A stretch of 32,000 nucleotides of DNA, from NCBI GenBank assembly GCA_005777185.1, contig SXNL01000208.1:1-32000 (forward strand), written 5' to 3'. The stretch comes from Myxococcales bacterium (GTDB taxonomy: Bacteria; Myxococcota_A; Polyangia; Polyangiales; Polyangiaceae). Made by a program: the position numbers and the translations under genes. How positions within the stretch are numbered: position 1 is the stretch's first letter; each line of letters opens with the position of its first letter. Below the pieces are notes generated by a model that saw only the letters and a program-made list of their open reading frames with translations, was not told where the DNA came from and made no database searches. Below are positions 25,237 through 32,000 of the stretch, one piece after another.

Positions 25237-26007
25237 TCAGCCGCCGTCGGTCGGCGGGCCGCAGAGGTAGTTGATCGTCTTGGGGAAGCTCGACGCGAAG
25301 TCGGTGCCGCGGCAGACCGCGTCGGCCGCCGCCTTGCCGGCGGTGAGCGCGTCCGTGCACGCCTTCTCCTGCACGAAGTCCTTGCACGCGTCGGCGGCGG
25401 AGGTCTTCTGGCACTCCGCGAGGGACGCCTGGTCCTCGCACGCTCCGCAGGTCTCACCCTGACAGAGCAGCGAGTTCGACGCCTTGACCGTGCACTGCGG
25501 CTGCTTCAGCACGAGGTAGCTGCAGAGGTTGATGTTGAGGAACGTCCACTTGTCCGTCAGCACCAGGCCGGGGAGGTTCAGGTTGAGGCCACCGTCGCCG
25601 TAGTTCCCGCCGACCATGCAGCTCATGCAGTTCTTGTTGGCGGCGTTGTCCGAGTACGCCTTGCACTTCGTGGCGTCGGCCGTCTTGTCGATGCAGTCGG
25701 CGAAGAAGCCCGTGACCTGGGCGGGGGTGCAGACGTTCTGCCCCGCGGCGCCGGTGGTCGCCTTGTAGGACGCGGCCTGCGTCGGGTCGTAGCAGGTGTT
25801 GGGACCCGAATCGACGTTGCTCGGGCCGGTGTCGGCCGCCGTCGTCTTCGCGTCGACCTTGCTACCGCCCGAGTCCGTCACGGTCGTGGTCGTTCCCGCG
25901 TCCGTGTCGGTCACGGTGACCGTGCTGCTGCAACCCGCAAACGCTGTGACACCGGCGAGGCCGCCGAGGCCGATCACCGAGACGAATCCAATCAACTTCT
26001 TCAGCAT
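25237..26007 (-). CDS. Cys-rich lipoprotein
   Basis: ATG 26007 with an AAGGAGG 8 nt upstream. MLKKLIGFVSVIGLGGLAGVTAFAGCSS is the lipobox region. A Thr/Asp-rich linker is followed by a Cys-rich globular part (..CYDPTQ..CTPAQVTGFFADCIDKTADATKCKAY..CMSCM..CQGETCGACEDQASLAECQK..). Confidence 0.8.
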   Translation of the reverse strand: MLKKLIGFVSVIGLGGLAGVTAFAGCSSTVTVTDTDAGTTTTVTDSGGSKVDAKTTAADTGPSNVDSGPNTCYDPTQAASYKATTGAAGQNVCTPAQVTGFFADCIDKTADATKCKAYSDNAANKNCMSCMVGGNYGDGGLNLNLPGLVLTDKWTFLNINLCSYLVLKQPQCTVKASNSLLCQGETCGACEDQASLAECQKTSAADACKDFVQEKACTDALTAGKAAADAVCRGTDFASSFPKTINYLCGPPTDGG

Positions 26008-26072
26008 GATCCTGGCCTCCTTGGACGAAACGACTGCCGATCTCCCGAACGGCAACAACGAAAAGCGCGCGC

Positions 26073-26101
26073 ACCGTAGCTTTCCACTCGTTCTCCGTCA
26101 A
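26073..26101 (-). promoter_or_regulatory. Candidate sigma70-type promoter (TTGACG-N17-TACGGT) for the lipoprotein operon
   Basis: Reverse complement of 26096-26101 is TTGACG, followed by a 17-nt spacer, and the reverse complement of 26073-26078 is TACGGT. It lies about 65 nt upstream of ATG 26007. Confidence 0.35.
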
Positions 26102-26176
26102 TCGCAATTCACCGACCGCGACGACGGAGAGCCCTCAACCCTGCGCTTGCACGCACGCGCACGGCGGGAGCCCTCG

Positions 26177-26200
26177 ATCCTGAATCCTGAATCCTGAATC
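26177..26200. repeat. 7-bp microsatellite (atcctga) x3.4 in a 455-bp intergenic region
   Basis: atcctga atcctga atcctga atc, read directly from the sequence. Confidence 0.9.
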
Positions 26201-26462
26201 TCTGCTGCCCCTCCGACAGGCCTGTCATGGCGACGGGCGCGGGGTGCGCATTTCCTAACGGCGGCCCCCTCCTTTTCGCCCTCGAAAACGTGTCCTGAGA
26301 GCGAACCTGGAGGAAAATTGCCGCTGGATCGTAGCGGCGAGCCTCGAACTGTGACTTCCTGGTGACTGCACCCCCGGCAAGAAGGTTAGGAAAGGGAGCC
26401 GCGAGCGCGGCCCGTTTGTATTGACATCTTTCCCAAGCAACCGCCATGCCCGCAGGCGATCT

Positions 26463-27485
26463 TCATCCCGGAGCAGGACCCAGCGCCCGGAGCGCCTCGC
26501 TCGCGACGTCAGTGTCGGTTCCCCCGAGCAGGGCCTCGAGGTGCGCCCGCGCCTCGGCTACCCGCGCCCGCCCTACGCCCACGATGGCCGCGCGACGCTG
26601 CTCCGCGTCACGAGAGGAGAGGCCCGCGAGGAGGGTGCGCCTGCCCTTCTCGTGGCCCAGCGCGGCAAGCGCGATCGTCGCCGAGAACGAGCAGGTCTCC
26701 CGGACGAGACGACCGAGGCCGAAGGCGCGGCGCTCGAGCGCCGGGATCGCCTCGGCGAGGCCCAGGATCCCCACGAGCTCGACCGCCGCCTGCTCCTCTT
26801 CCCGCCCGGGAGGCGATCCCGGCCACGCGCGATGGACGGCACGGAGGAGGACGGGGTGCGCCTCGGCCCGGCCGCGCTTCGCCGCGAGGATCGCCGCCGC
26901 GAGCGAGACATCCGGGTTGTCGTCACGGATGAGCGCACAAGCGCGCTCGACGAGCGCATCGGAGGGTGCCGTGCCCTCGTCGTGGCGCTGCTCGGCGGAG
27001 CGGAGGGCGATGTGCACGACGGCGCGGTCGTCGTCGGAGAGCGCGCGGAGGAGGGCGCGATCGTTCGCCTCCGCGTCGGAGGACACCCGGGTGAACGCGA
27101 TGACCGCCTGGTAGCGGACGTCCGGTCGGGGATCCCTGAGCGCGTGCTCGAGCCGCGGTAGCGCGCGCGGGTCCGCGAGCTCCCCGAGCGCCGAGATCGC
27201 CATCTGCCGCACGAGCCCGTCGTCGTCGGAGCTCAGGAGGAGGAGCCTGGGCACCGCCTCGGTGACACCCAGATCGGCCACCGCGACCGCAGCGGCGGCG
27301 CGCACGTCCGAGGAGGCGTCGGCGAGGAGGGGAGGCACCGCGAGCGCGGCGCGGGCGTGGAGATCGGGCCCGGTCCGGGCGTGGCGCACCACGTCGCCGA
27401 TGGCCGCAGCGCGCACGTCCGGGCGTTCGGACGCGAGATCGCGGAAGCTGGCCTCGATGTTCCTCGGCAGCGGCGGGAAGAGCAC
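26463..27485 (-). CDS. HEAT-repeat (PBS-lyase/EZ-HEAT type) protein
   Basis: The 340-aa ORF has a GTG start. It shows recurrent ..D.D..VR..A..AL(G/A)..(G/A)...A.P.L...L.D modules (e.g. SDVRAAAAVAVADLGVTEAVPRLLLLSSDDDGLVRQMAISALGELADPRALPRLEHALRDPRPDVRYQAV). Confidence 0.8.
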   Translation of the reverse strand: MLFPPLPRNIEASFRDLASERPDVRAAAIGDVVRHARTGPDLHARAALAVPPLLADASSDVRAAAAVAVADLGVTEAVPRLLLLSSDDDGLVRQMAISALGELADPRALPRLEHALRDPRPDVRYQAVIAFTRVSSDAEANDRALLRALSDDDRAVVHIALRSAEQRHDEGTAPSDALVERACALIRDDNPDVSLAAAILAAKRGRAEAHPVLLRAVHRAWPGSPPGREEEQAAVELVGILGLAEAIPALERRAFGLGRLVRETCSFSATIALAALGHEKGRRTLLAGLSSRDAEQRRAAIVGVGRARVAEARAHLEALLGGTDTDVASEALRALGPAPG

Positions 27486-27528
27486 GGCGGGCTCGTAGCA
27501 CGCCGCGACCGTTTTCCGTCGCGCTAGA

Positions 27529-28317
27529 TCAGTCGCGCGACAGGGCGCGACCGGCGGTCATGAGCGAGACGCTCGTGACGAACACGCTCACCGAGGCGAT
27601 CGCGAGGACGTGCGGCGCGCGAAGCATCGACAGGACGCCCATGTCGAGGAGGGCCCCGACCGACACGCCGTCGCCCGTCCCGAAGCCCACGAACGCCAGC
27701 GCGGCCTCTCCCACGACGAGCGCGGCACCGGAGGCGCCCAGCTGCACGGCCGACACGCGCGCGACGTGCGGGAGGACGTGGCGGAACAGGATCGCCGGCG
27801 GCCCCAGGCCGAGCGCCTTCGCGGCCTCGATGAACGCCGCGCCGCGGAGCACGCGCGTCTCGGCGAGCGCGAGCCGCGCGAAGGGCACCCACGCGGTCAG
27901 CATGAACACCACGCCCAGGTGGACCCGCGTGGGCGCGCGCACCGTGGAGAGCACCGTGACGGCCAGGAGGAACGAGGGGAACGCCTGCAGCAGATCGCAG
28001 GCGCGCCCGATCACGCGCTCCGGCAGGCCCCGCGCGAGCGCAGCGCCCGCGCCGAGCGGCGCACCGACGACGAGCGCCAGCACGGACACCACGCCGGCGA
28101 GCGCGAGGCTCCCGAGCTCCGCGTGCGCGAGGAACGTCGCGAGATCGATGCCTCCCTCTCCGCAGCCGAGCCAGTGCGCACGGCCTGGCGCGGCGAACGC
28201 GCGCTCGGGCACGAGGCGGGAGGGCGACGCGCCAGACGTGGCGCGCACGATCGTCGACGCGATCACGAGGATCGCGAGCGGGACGAGGCGCAGCAGCCGG
28301 CCCGAGACCGGGCTCAC
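27529..28317 (-). CDS. ABC transporter permease, DppC/OppC-like
   Basis: GTG 28317 overlaps the upstream TGA (GTGA). The EAA loop is FIEAAKALGLGPPAILFRHVLPHV. The usual N-terminal HxLGTDxxGRD motif is degenerate (HWLGCGEGGID). About 6 hydrophobic helices are present. Confidence 0.85.
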   Translation of the reverse strand: MSPVSGRLLRLVPLAILVIASTIVRATSGASPSRLVPERAFAAPGRAHWLGCGEGGIDLATFLAHAELGSLALAGVVSVLALVVGAPLGAGAALARGLPERVIGRACDLLQAFPSFLLAVTVLSTVRAPTRVHLGVVFMLTAWVPFARLALAETRVLRGAAFIEAAKALGLGPPAILFRHVLPHVARVSAVQLGASGAALVVGEAALAFVGFGTGDGVSVGALLDMGVLSMLRAPHVLAIASVSVFVTSVSLMTAGRALSRD

Positions 28318-29270
28318 GCGCGCACCCTGGGGTCGAACGCCGCGTGGAGGATGGAGGCGGCCGTCTGCGTGAGGACGAAGAGCGCCGCCGACGCGATCAC
28401 GGCCGCCTCCAGCACCGGCAGATCCCGCGACGCGTACGCCTCGAGCACGAGCGATCCCAGGCCGGCGCGCTCGAACAGCCGCTCCAGGACCACGGCGCCG
28501 CCGAGCAGCGCACCGAGCTGTGTGGCGATCACGGTGAGGATCGGCCCACCCGCGACCGGGAGCGCGTGCAGGATCCACACCGCCGCGGGCCCCCTCCCCT
28601 TCGCGCGCGCCACCGTGAGGAACTGCGCGCGTCCCACGTCCGCGAGCGCCGCGCGTCCGAGTCGCGCGAGCTGCGCGCCGAGAGGAACGGCGAGGAGGCC
28701 ACTGGCGAAGAAGAGCCCGGAGAGCCCCGCGTCCGGATCCCCGGGGAGCGCGACGATCCTGAGCTTCGCCGCGAGCGCGTACGTGAGCAGGGGGGCGAAC
28801 GAGAGGAGGGGGACGCCCGCCACCGCCGTGACGACGCGGTCGACCCATCGCCGGCGCGCGCCGAGCCACGGCCCCTCCGACAGCAGCGCGAGCCCGACGC
28901 CCCCCACCGCCGCGAGTGCCACCGCGATCCCTCCGAGCGCCGCCGTCGGGACGAACGCGTCCCCCACGCGACGCGCGGCCGTGACGCCCGGCCGCCGGAG
29001 CGACTCGCCGAGGTCGAGCGTGGCGAGGCCGCGGAGGAAACGTGCATATTGCATGTAGAGCGGTTCGTCGAGGTGGAGCCTCACCCGGAGCCTCGCCAGC
29101 GCGGCCGCATCGGCCTGCTCGCCGAGCACGAGGACCGCGGGATCACCGGGCAAGAGGCGCATCGCGAGGAACACCACGGTCGCCACGAGCCACACGACCA
29201 CGACGGCCTCCACGGCGCGCGGGATCACGAGCGTCGCGAGGCCGCGCAGCGCCGCAGCGACTCGCCTCAC
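28314..29270 (-). CDS. ABC transporter permease, DppB/OppB-like
   Basis: MRLLPGDP is the typical OppB/DppB N-terminal motif. The EAA-like motif is FLTVARAKGRGPAAVWILHALP. The start is uncertain: GTG 29270, or GTG 29285. The long N-terminal extension in the track ORF (to 29753) overlaps the upstream gene and is Arg/Pro-rich junk. Confidence 0.85.
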   Translation of the reverse strand: MRRVAAALRGLATLVIPRAVEAVVVVWLVATVVFLAMRLLPGDPAVLVLGEQADAAALARLRVRLHLDEPLYMQYARFLRGLATLDLGESLRRPGVTAARRVGDAFVPTAALGGIAVALAAVGGVGLALLSEGPWLGARRRWVDRVVTAVAGVPLLSFAPLLTYALAAKLRIVALPGDPDAGLSGLFFASGLLAVPLGAQLARLGRAALADVGRAQFLTVARAKGRGPAAVWILHALPVAGGPILTVIATQLGALLGGAVVLERLFERAGLGSLVLEAYASRDLPVLEAAVIASAALFVLTQTAASILHAAFDPRVRA

Positions 29271-29289
29271 CCGCCCCGGACGCACGGCT

Positions 29290-29946
29290 TCAGCCAGCGT
29301 CGGGGCCGTCGGTGCGGACGTCCGCGGCGGCGTCGCCGGCCTCGGGGCCCGCGTCCGCCGCCGTCGCGTCGATCGAAGGGGCGTCCGATGGGGCGTCGGC
29401 GGGGGCGTCGATGCCGGCGTCCCAGGGCTGGATCGCACCGGCGCCAGCCTCGATCTCTGGCGTGTCGGGCCCGGCTGCGGCGCACACACCTGGCTCGGCC
29501 GTTCGAGGGTCCGCGATCGAGACCAGCTTGTCGACCAGGCAGGTGCGCCGGTTCTGCAGGTCGTCGAGCACGATGCCGTTCCACGGCGGCAGGGTCGGAT
29601 CCGCGCACACGTAGCCGGCGCGGCAGTCCTCCTTCGACTCGCACGATGCCGAGCAGAACGCGTGGGCCGTCCGGGCCAGGGACCGATCGTCGTAGGCGCA
29701 TCCGGGCACGCGGCCGCTATAGAGGACGCACGCCGCTTTGTCCGGGCAGCCATTGCCGCGACAGTTCGGCACCGTGCAGTAGCCGCCTGGCTGCGACGTG
29801 TCGCACTGGCGGTCCCCCCGGGTCGAGCAGTCGGTCGCGAGCGCGCACCTGTCGCCGATCACGGGCTGACATCCCCACGAGAGCGCCGCCAGCAGCACGG
29901 CGTGTATCCACGTGGGGCGAGACGGGCGAGACAAGCAAGACGTCAT
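29290..29946 (-). CDS. Cys-rich probable lipoprotein with acidic Ala/Asp/Pro-rich C-terminal tail
   Basis: The signal MTSCLSRPSRPTWIHAVLLAALSWGC is followed by ..CALATDCSTRGDRQCDTSQPGGYCTVPNCRGNGCPDKAACVLY...FCSASCESKEDCRAGYVCADP... Codons end in G/C. Confidence 0.75.
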   Translation of the reverse strand: MTSCLSRPSRPTWIHAVLLAALSWGCQPVIGDRCALATDCSTRGDRQCDTSQPGGYCTVPNCRGNGCPDKAACVLYSGRVPGCAYDDRSLARTAHAFCSASCESKEDCRAGYVCADPTLPPWNGIVLDDLQNRRTCLVDKLVSIADPRTAEPGVCAAAGPDTPEIEAGAGAIQPWDAGIDAPADAPSDAPSIDATAADAGPEAGDAAADVRTDGPDAG

Positions 29947-30040
29947 CGAGCGGCGCCGGCACCCTAGCCGCCGGGCGCCGGTCGGTGCAAGCGTAACTGT
30001 TTGACATGACGCCCTTTCGCACTTACTTACCAGCGAAGAG

Positions 30041-30346
30041 ATGGCGACCTACATCACCTCGGACTGCATCAACTGCGGCGCCTGCGAGCCTGAGTGCCCG
30101 AACGACGCCATCAGCGAGGGCGACGAGATCTACGTGATCGACCCCGAGCTGTGCACGGAGTGTGTCGGCTTCCACGACCACGAGGCATGCCAGGCGGTCT
30201 GCCCGGTGGAGTGCTGCCTCCCGGATCCCAAGCACGTCGAGGTGGAGGCGGCGCTGATCGAGCGCGCCCTCAGCCTCCACCCGGACGACGAGGAGCTCAA
30301 GAAGCGAGCGGGCGTGAACGACTACCCGTCGCGCTTCCGCAAGTAG
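30041..30346 (+). CDS. yfhL: 2x[4Fe-4S] ferredoxin, YfhL family
   Basis: MATYITSDCINCGACEPECPNDAISEGDEIYVIDPELCTECVGFHDHEACQAVCPVE.. contains CxxCxxCxxxCP plus CxxC..C...CP, and is collinear with the E. coli YfhL-type ferredoxin. Confidence 0.93.
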   Translation: MATYITSDCINCGACEPECPNDAISEGDEIYVIDPELCTECVGFHDHEACQAVCPVECCLPDPKHVEVEAALIERALSLHPDDEELKKRAGVNDYPSRFRK

Positions 30347-30366
30347 CGCGGGCCGGCAGGCGCGAC

Positions 30367-31203
30367 GTGCCGGATCAGGGTATCGAGGCGATCGGGGGGC
30401 GGGCGCTCGGCCTCGCCCTGGTGATCGCCTGTGTCTCGCTCGCGAGCTGCGGAGGGGGCACGCCGCTGTTGCACCCGGCCCGGACGCTGCCCACGGGGGA
30501 TGTGCGCACCGCGGCCGGGTTCTCGGGCGAGCTCGCGCTGGGATCCGCTGCCGAGGATCTCGCGCGGGCGAGAGAGCTCGCCGCGCAGGATCCGGACGCG
30601 CCCGGGACGAACCCGGAGTACGCGAAGGGTGCGCTCGTCATGGCCTCGCTCGCGCCGGGCATCGCACCCTTCTTGGCCGCGCGCGTGGGTGTGGGCTCAC
30701 GCTTCGAGGGGGGGCTCGCGTACACCGGCCGGGCCGTGCGCGCCGACATGCGGCGATCGTTCGACGACGATCGGACGTCGTGGTCCCTCGGGCTCGGGCT
30801 CACCGCGCCGCTCTACGGACGCGCCTCGGGGACGACTGCCCTCCGTGGGGTGGAGCTGGGGTTCCTGCGCGGGTACGGCGCGGACGTGCCGGTGCTCTGG
30901 GGGTGGCGGAGCCCTGCCGGCGTGTACCAGGCGTGGATCGGGGCTCGGGGCGGGTTCGAGCGCGTCTGGATCGAGCGGGTCTCCACGGAGCCGAAGCCGG
31001 GGTCCGCCGGGCCTGGCGCCCTCGACGCGACGCGCGCGTGGGCAGGAGGGCTGGCGGGCGTCGCGACCGGCTTCCGGCGCCTGCACGTCGCCCTCGAGCT
31101 GTCGGTCGCGCACCACTGGGCGAGCGGATCCTACGACGGGAGCCGCGTGAGCATCCGGGGCGTCACGCTGGCCCCGGCGAGCGCGCTGTGGTGGACGTTT
31201 TGA
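30367..31203 (+). CDS. Lipoprotein, possibly outer-membrane beta-rich (C-terminal aromatic residue)
   Basis: GTG 30367. The lipobox is LVIACVSLASCGG. The sequence is rich in Gly, Ala and aromatics with alternating patterns, and ends ..LAPASALWWTF. The upstream part of the track ORF (from 30094) overlaps the ferredoxin gene out of frame. Confidence 0.65.
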   Translation: MPDQGIEAIGGRALGLALVIACVSLASCGGGTPLLHPARTLPTGDVRTAAGFSGELALGSAAEDLARARELAAQDPDAPGTNPEYAKGALVMASLAPGIAPFLAARVGVGSRFEGGLAYTGRAVRADMRRSFDDDRTSWSLGLGLTAPLYGRASGTTALRGVELGFLRGYGADVPVLWGWRSPAGVYQAWIGARGGFERVWIERVSTEPKPGSAGPGALDATRAWAGGLAGVATGFRRLHVALELSVAHHWASGSYDGSRVSIRGVTLAPASALWWTF

Positions 31204-31219
31204 GCGTATCCTCGACGGC

Positions 31220-32000
31220 GTGAAGCCCCGGGACGCGACGCGCGCCGCGCAGGCGGGGCACTTCCTCGATCCCGAGACGGGCGCCCTCGTGCACGGCGTC
31301 GTCCCGAGCACCACGTTCGCGAGACGTGCAGACTACACGTTGTTCCGCGACGACCGGGACTACGCGCGCGACCGCAGCCCGGCCTTCGAGCCGGCCGAGC
31401 ACCTCCTGGCCGAGCTCGAGGGCGGCGTCGCGGCTCGCCTCTACGCGTCCGGGATGTCCGCCGGCGCCGCCGTGTTCCGGCTCCTCGGCCGGGGTGAGCA
31501 CGCCGTCCTGCCGCGCGCGATGTACTGGGGGCTGCGCGCGTTCGCCCGCGACGAGGCCGCTCGCGTGGGCTGGGAGCTGAGCGAGGTGGACGCGGCCGAC
31601 ACGGCGGCGATCGCGCGCGCCGTCGTGCCGGGGCGCACGCGGCTCCTGTGGGTGGAGACCCCGGCGAACCCGACGTGGGACGTCACCGACATCGCGGCGG
31701 CCGCGGGCGTGGGGCGCGCGGCGGGGGCCCTCGTGGTGGTCGACTCCACGTGCGCCACGCCCGTGCACACGAAGCCCCTCGGGCTGGGCGCCGACCTCGT
31801 CCTTCACTCGGCGACGAAGTACCTGAACGGGCACGGTGACGTGCTCGCAGGCGTCCTCGTCACGCGCGAGGCGTCCGACGCGTGGTCGCGCCTCGGATGG
31901 GAGCGGAGGCACGGCGGCGCTGTCCCCGGGGCGTTCGAGGCGTGGCTGCTCGTTCGCGGGCTCCGCACGCTGTTCGTGCGCGTGGAGCGGCAGTCGAGGT
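31220..32000 (+). CDS. Cys/Met-metabolism PLP-dependent enzyme (cystathionine gamma-synthase/beta-lyase family), N-terminal about 260 codons; runs off the window
   Basis: Not in the ORF track because it is open to the window edge. Manual translation from GTG 31220 gives VKPRDATRAAQAGHFLDPETGALVHGVVPSTTF...LYASGMSAGAAVF...LLWVETPANPTW...VVVDSTCATPVHTKPLGLGADLVLHSATKYLNGHGDVLAG.., with the PLP-lysine motif HSATKYLNGH. Confidence 0.85.
   Translation, partial: MKPRDATRAAQAGHFLDPETGALVHGVVPSTTFARRADYTLFRDDRDYARDRSPAFEPAEHLLAELEGGVAARLYASGMSAGAAVFRLLGRGEHAVLPRAMYWGLRAFARDEAARVGWELSEVDAADTAAIARAVVPGRTRLLWVETPANPTWDVTDIAAAAGVGRAAGALVVVDSTCATPVHTKPLGLGADLVLHSATKYLNGHGDVLAGVLVTREASDAWSRLGWERRHGGAVPGAFEAWLLVRGLRTLFVRVERQSR

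Noticed and set aside
30001-30029. Consensus TTGACA (30001-30006) as a ferredoxin promoter
   Set aside because: The hexamer 17-18 nt downstream (TACTTA/ACTTAC) lacks the invariant final T of a -10 box, so no complete promoter could be supported.

Overview
This is a very GC-rich chromosomal window, and its gene content looks myxobacterial: a Myxococcus-type Cys-rich repeat (CGDG..CDDGN..GDGC), a MYXO-CTERM-like tail, many lipoproteins and a Hanks-type Ser/Thr kinase. I support 27 protein-coding genes. Many long ORFs in the track are antisense or off-frame 'shadow' ORFs produced by high third-position GC, and I rejected them.

Housekeeping genes:
- hppA (partial; absent from the ORF track because it runs off the window edge)
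- obg
- pspA
- lpdA
- a 2-oxoacid dehydrogenase E1-alpha
- a YfhL-type ferredoxin
- a MetB/MetC-family PLP enzyme (partial)

Accessory modules:
1. A tightly coupled Ser/Thr kinase, trypsin-like protease and radical-SAM/SPASM operon (2418-7488) with no recognisable substrate peptide.
2. A matrixin-type metalloprotease coupled to two paralogous Cys-rich-repeat lipoproteins (12721-15739).
3. A full-length but orphan FlhB/SctU-type export-switch homologue (16837-17847). Its NPTH autocleavage motif is replaced by GRSG, and its start overlaps the obg stop codon.
4. A tail-anchored, PEVK-like proline-rich protein built from at least four tandem repeat families (10095-11756).
5. A three-gene Cys-rich lipoprotein operon (24017-26007).
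6. A lipoprotein, two ABC permeases and a HEAT-repeat protein with no ATPase or binding protein in view (26463-29946).

The most unusual locus is 7489-10094, about 2.6 kb with no credible CDS in any frame. It opens with an A/T-rich promoter-like segment, contains many stable hairpins (several capped by GNRA tetraloops), and ends in a textbook intrinsic terminator on the + strand (9994-10036). I propose it as a candidate large structured non-coding RNA of unknown class. All functional calls come from motifs read in the translations; no database search was possible.
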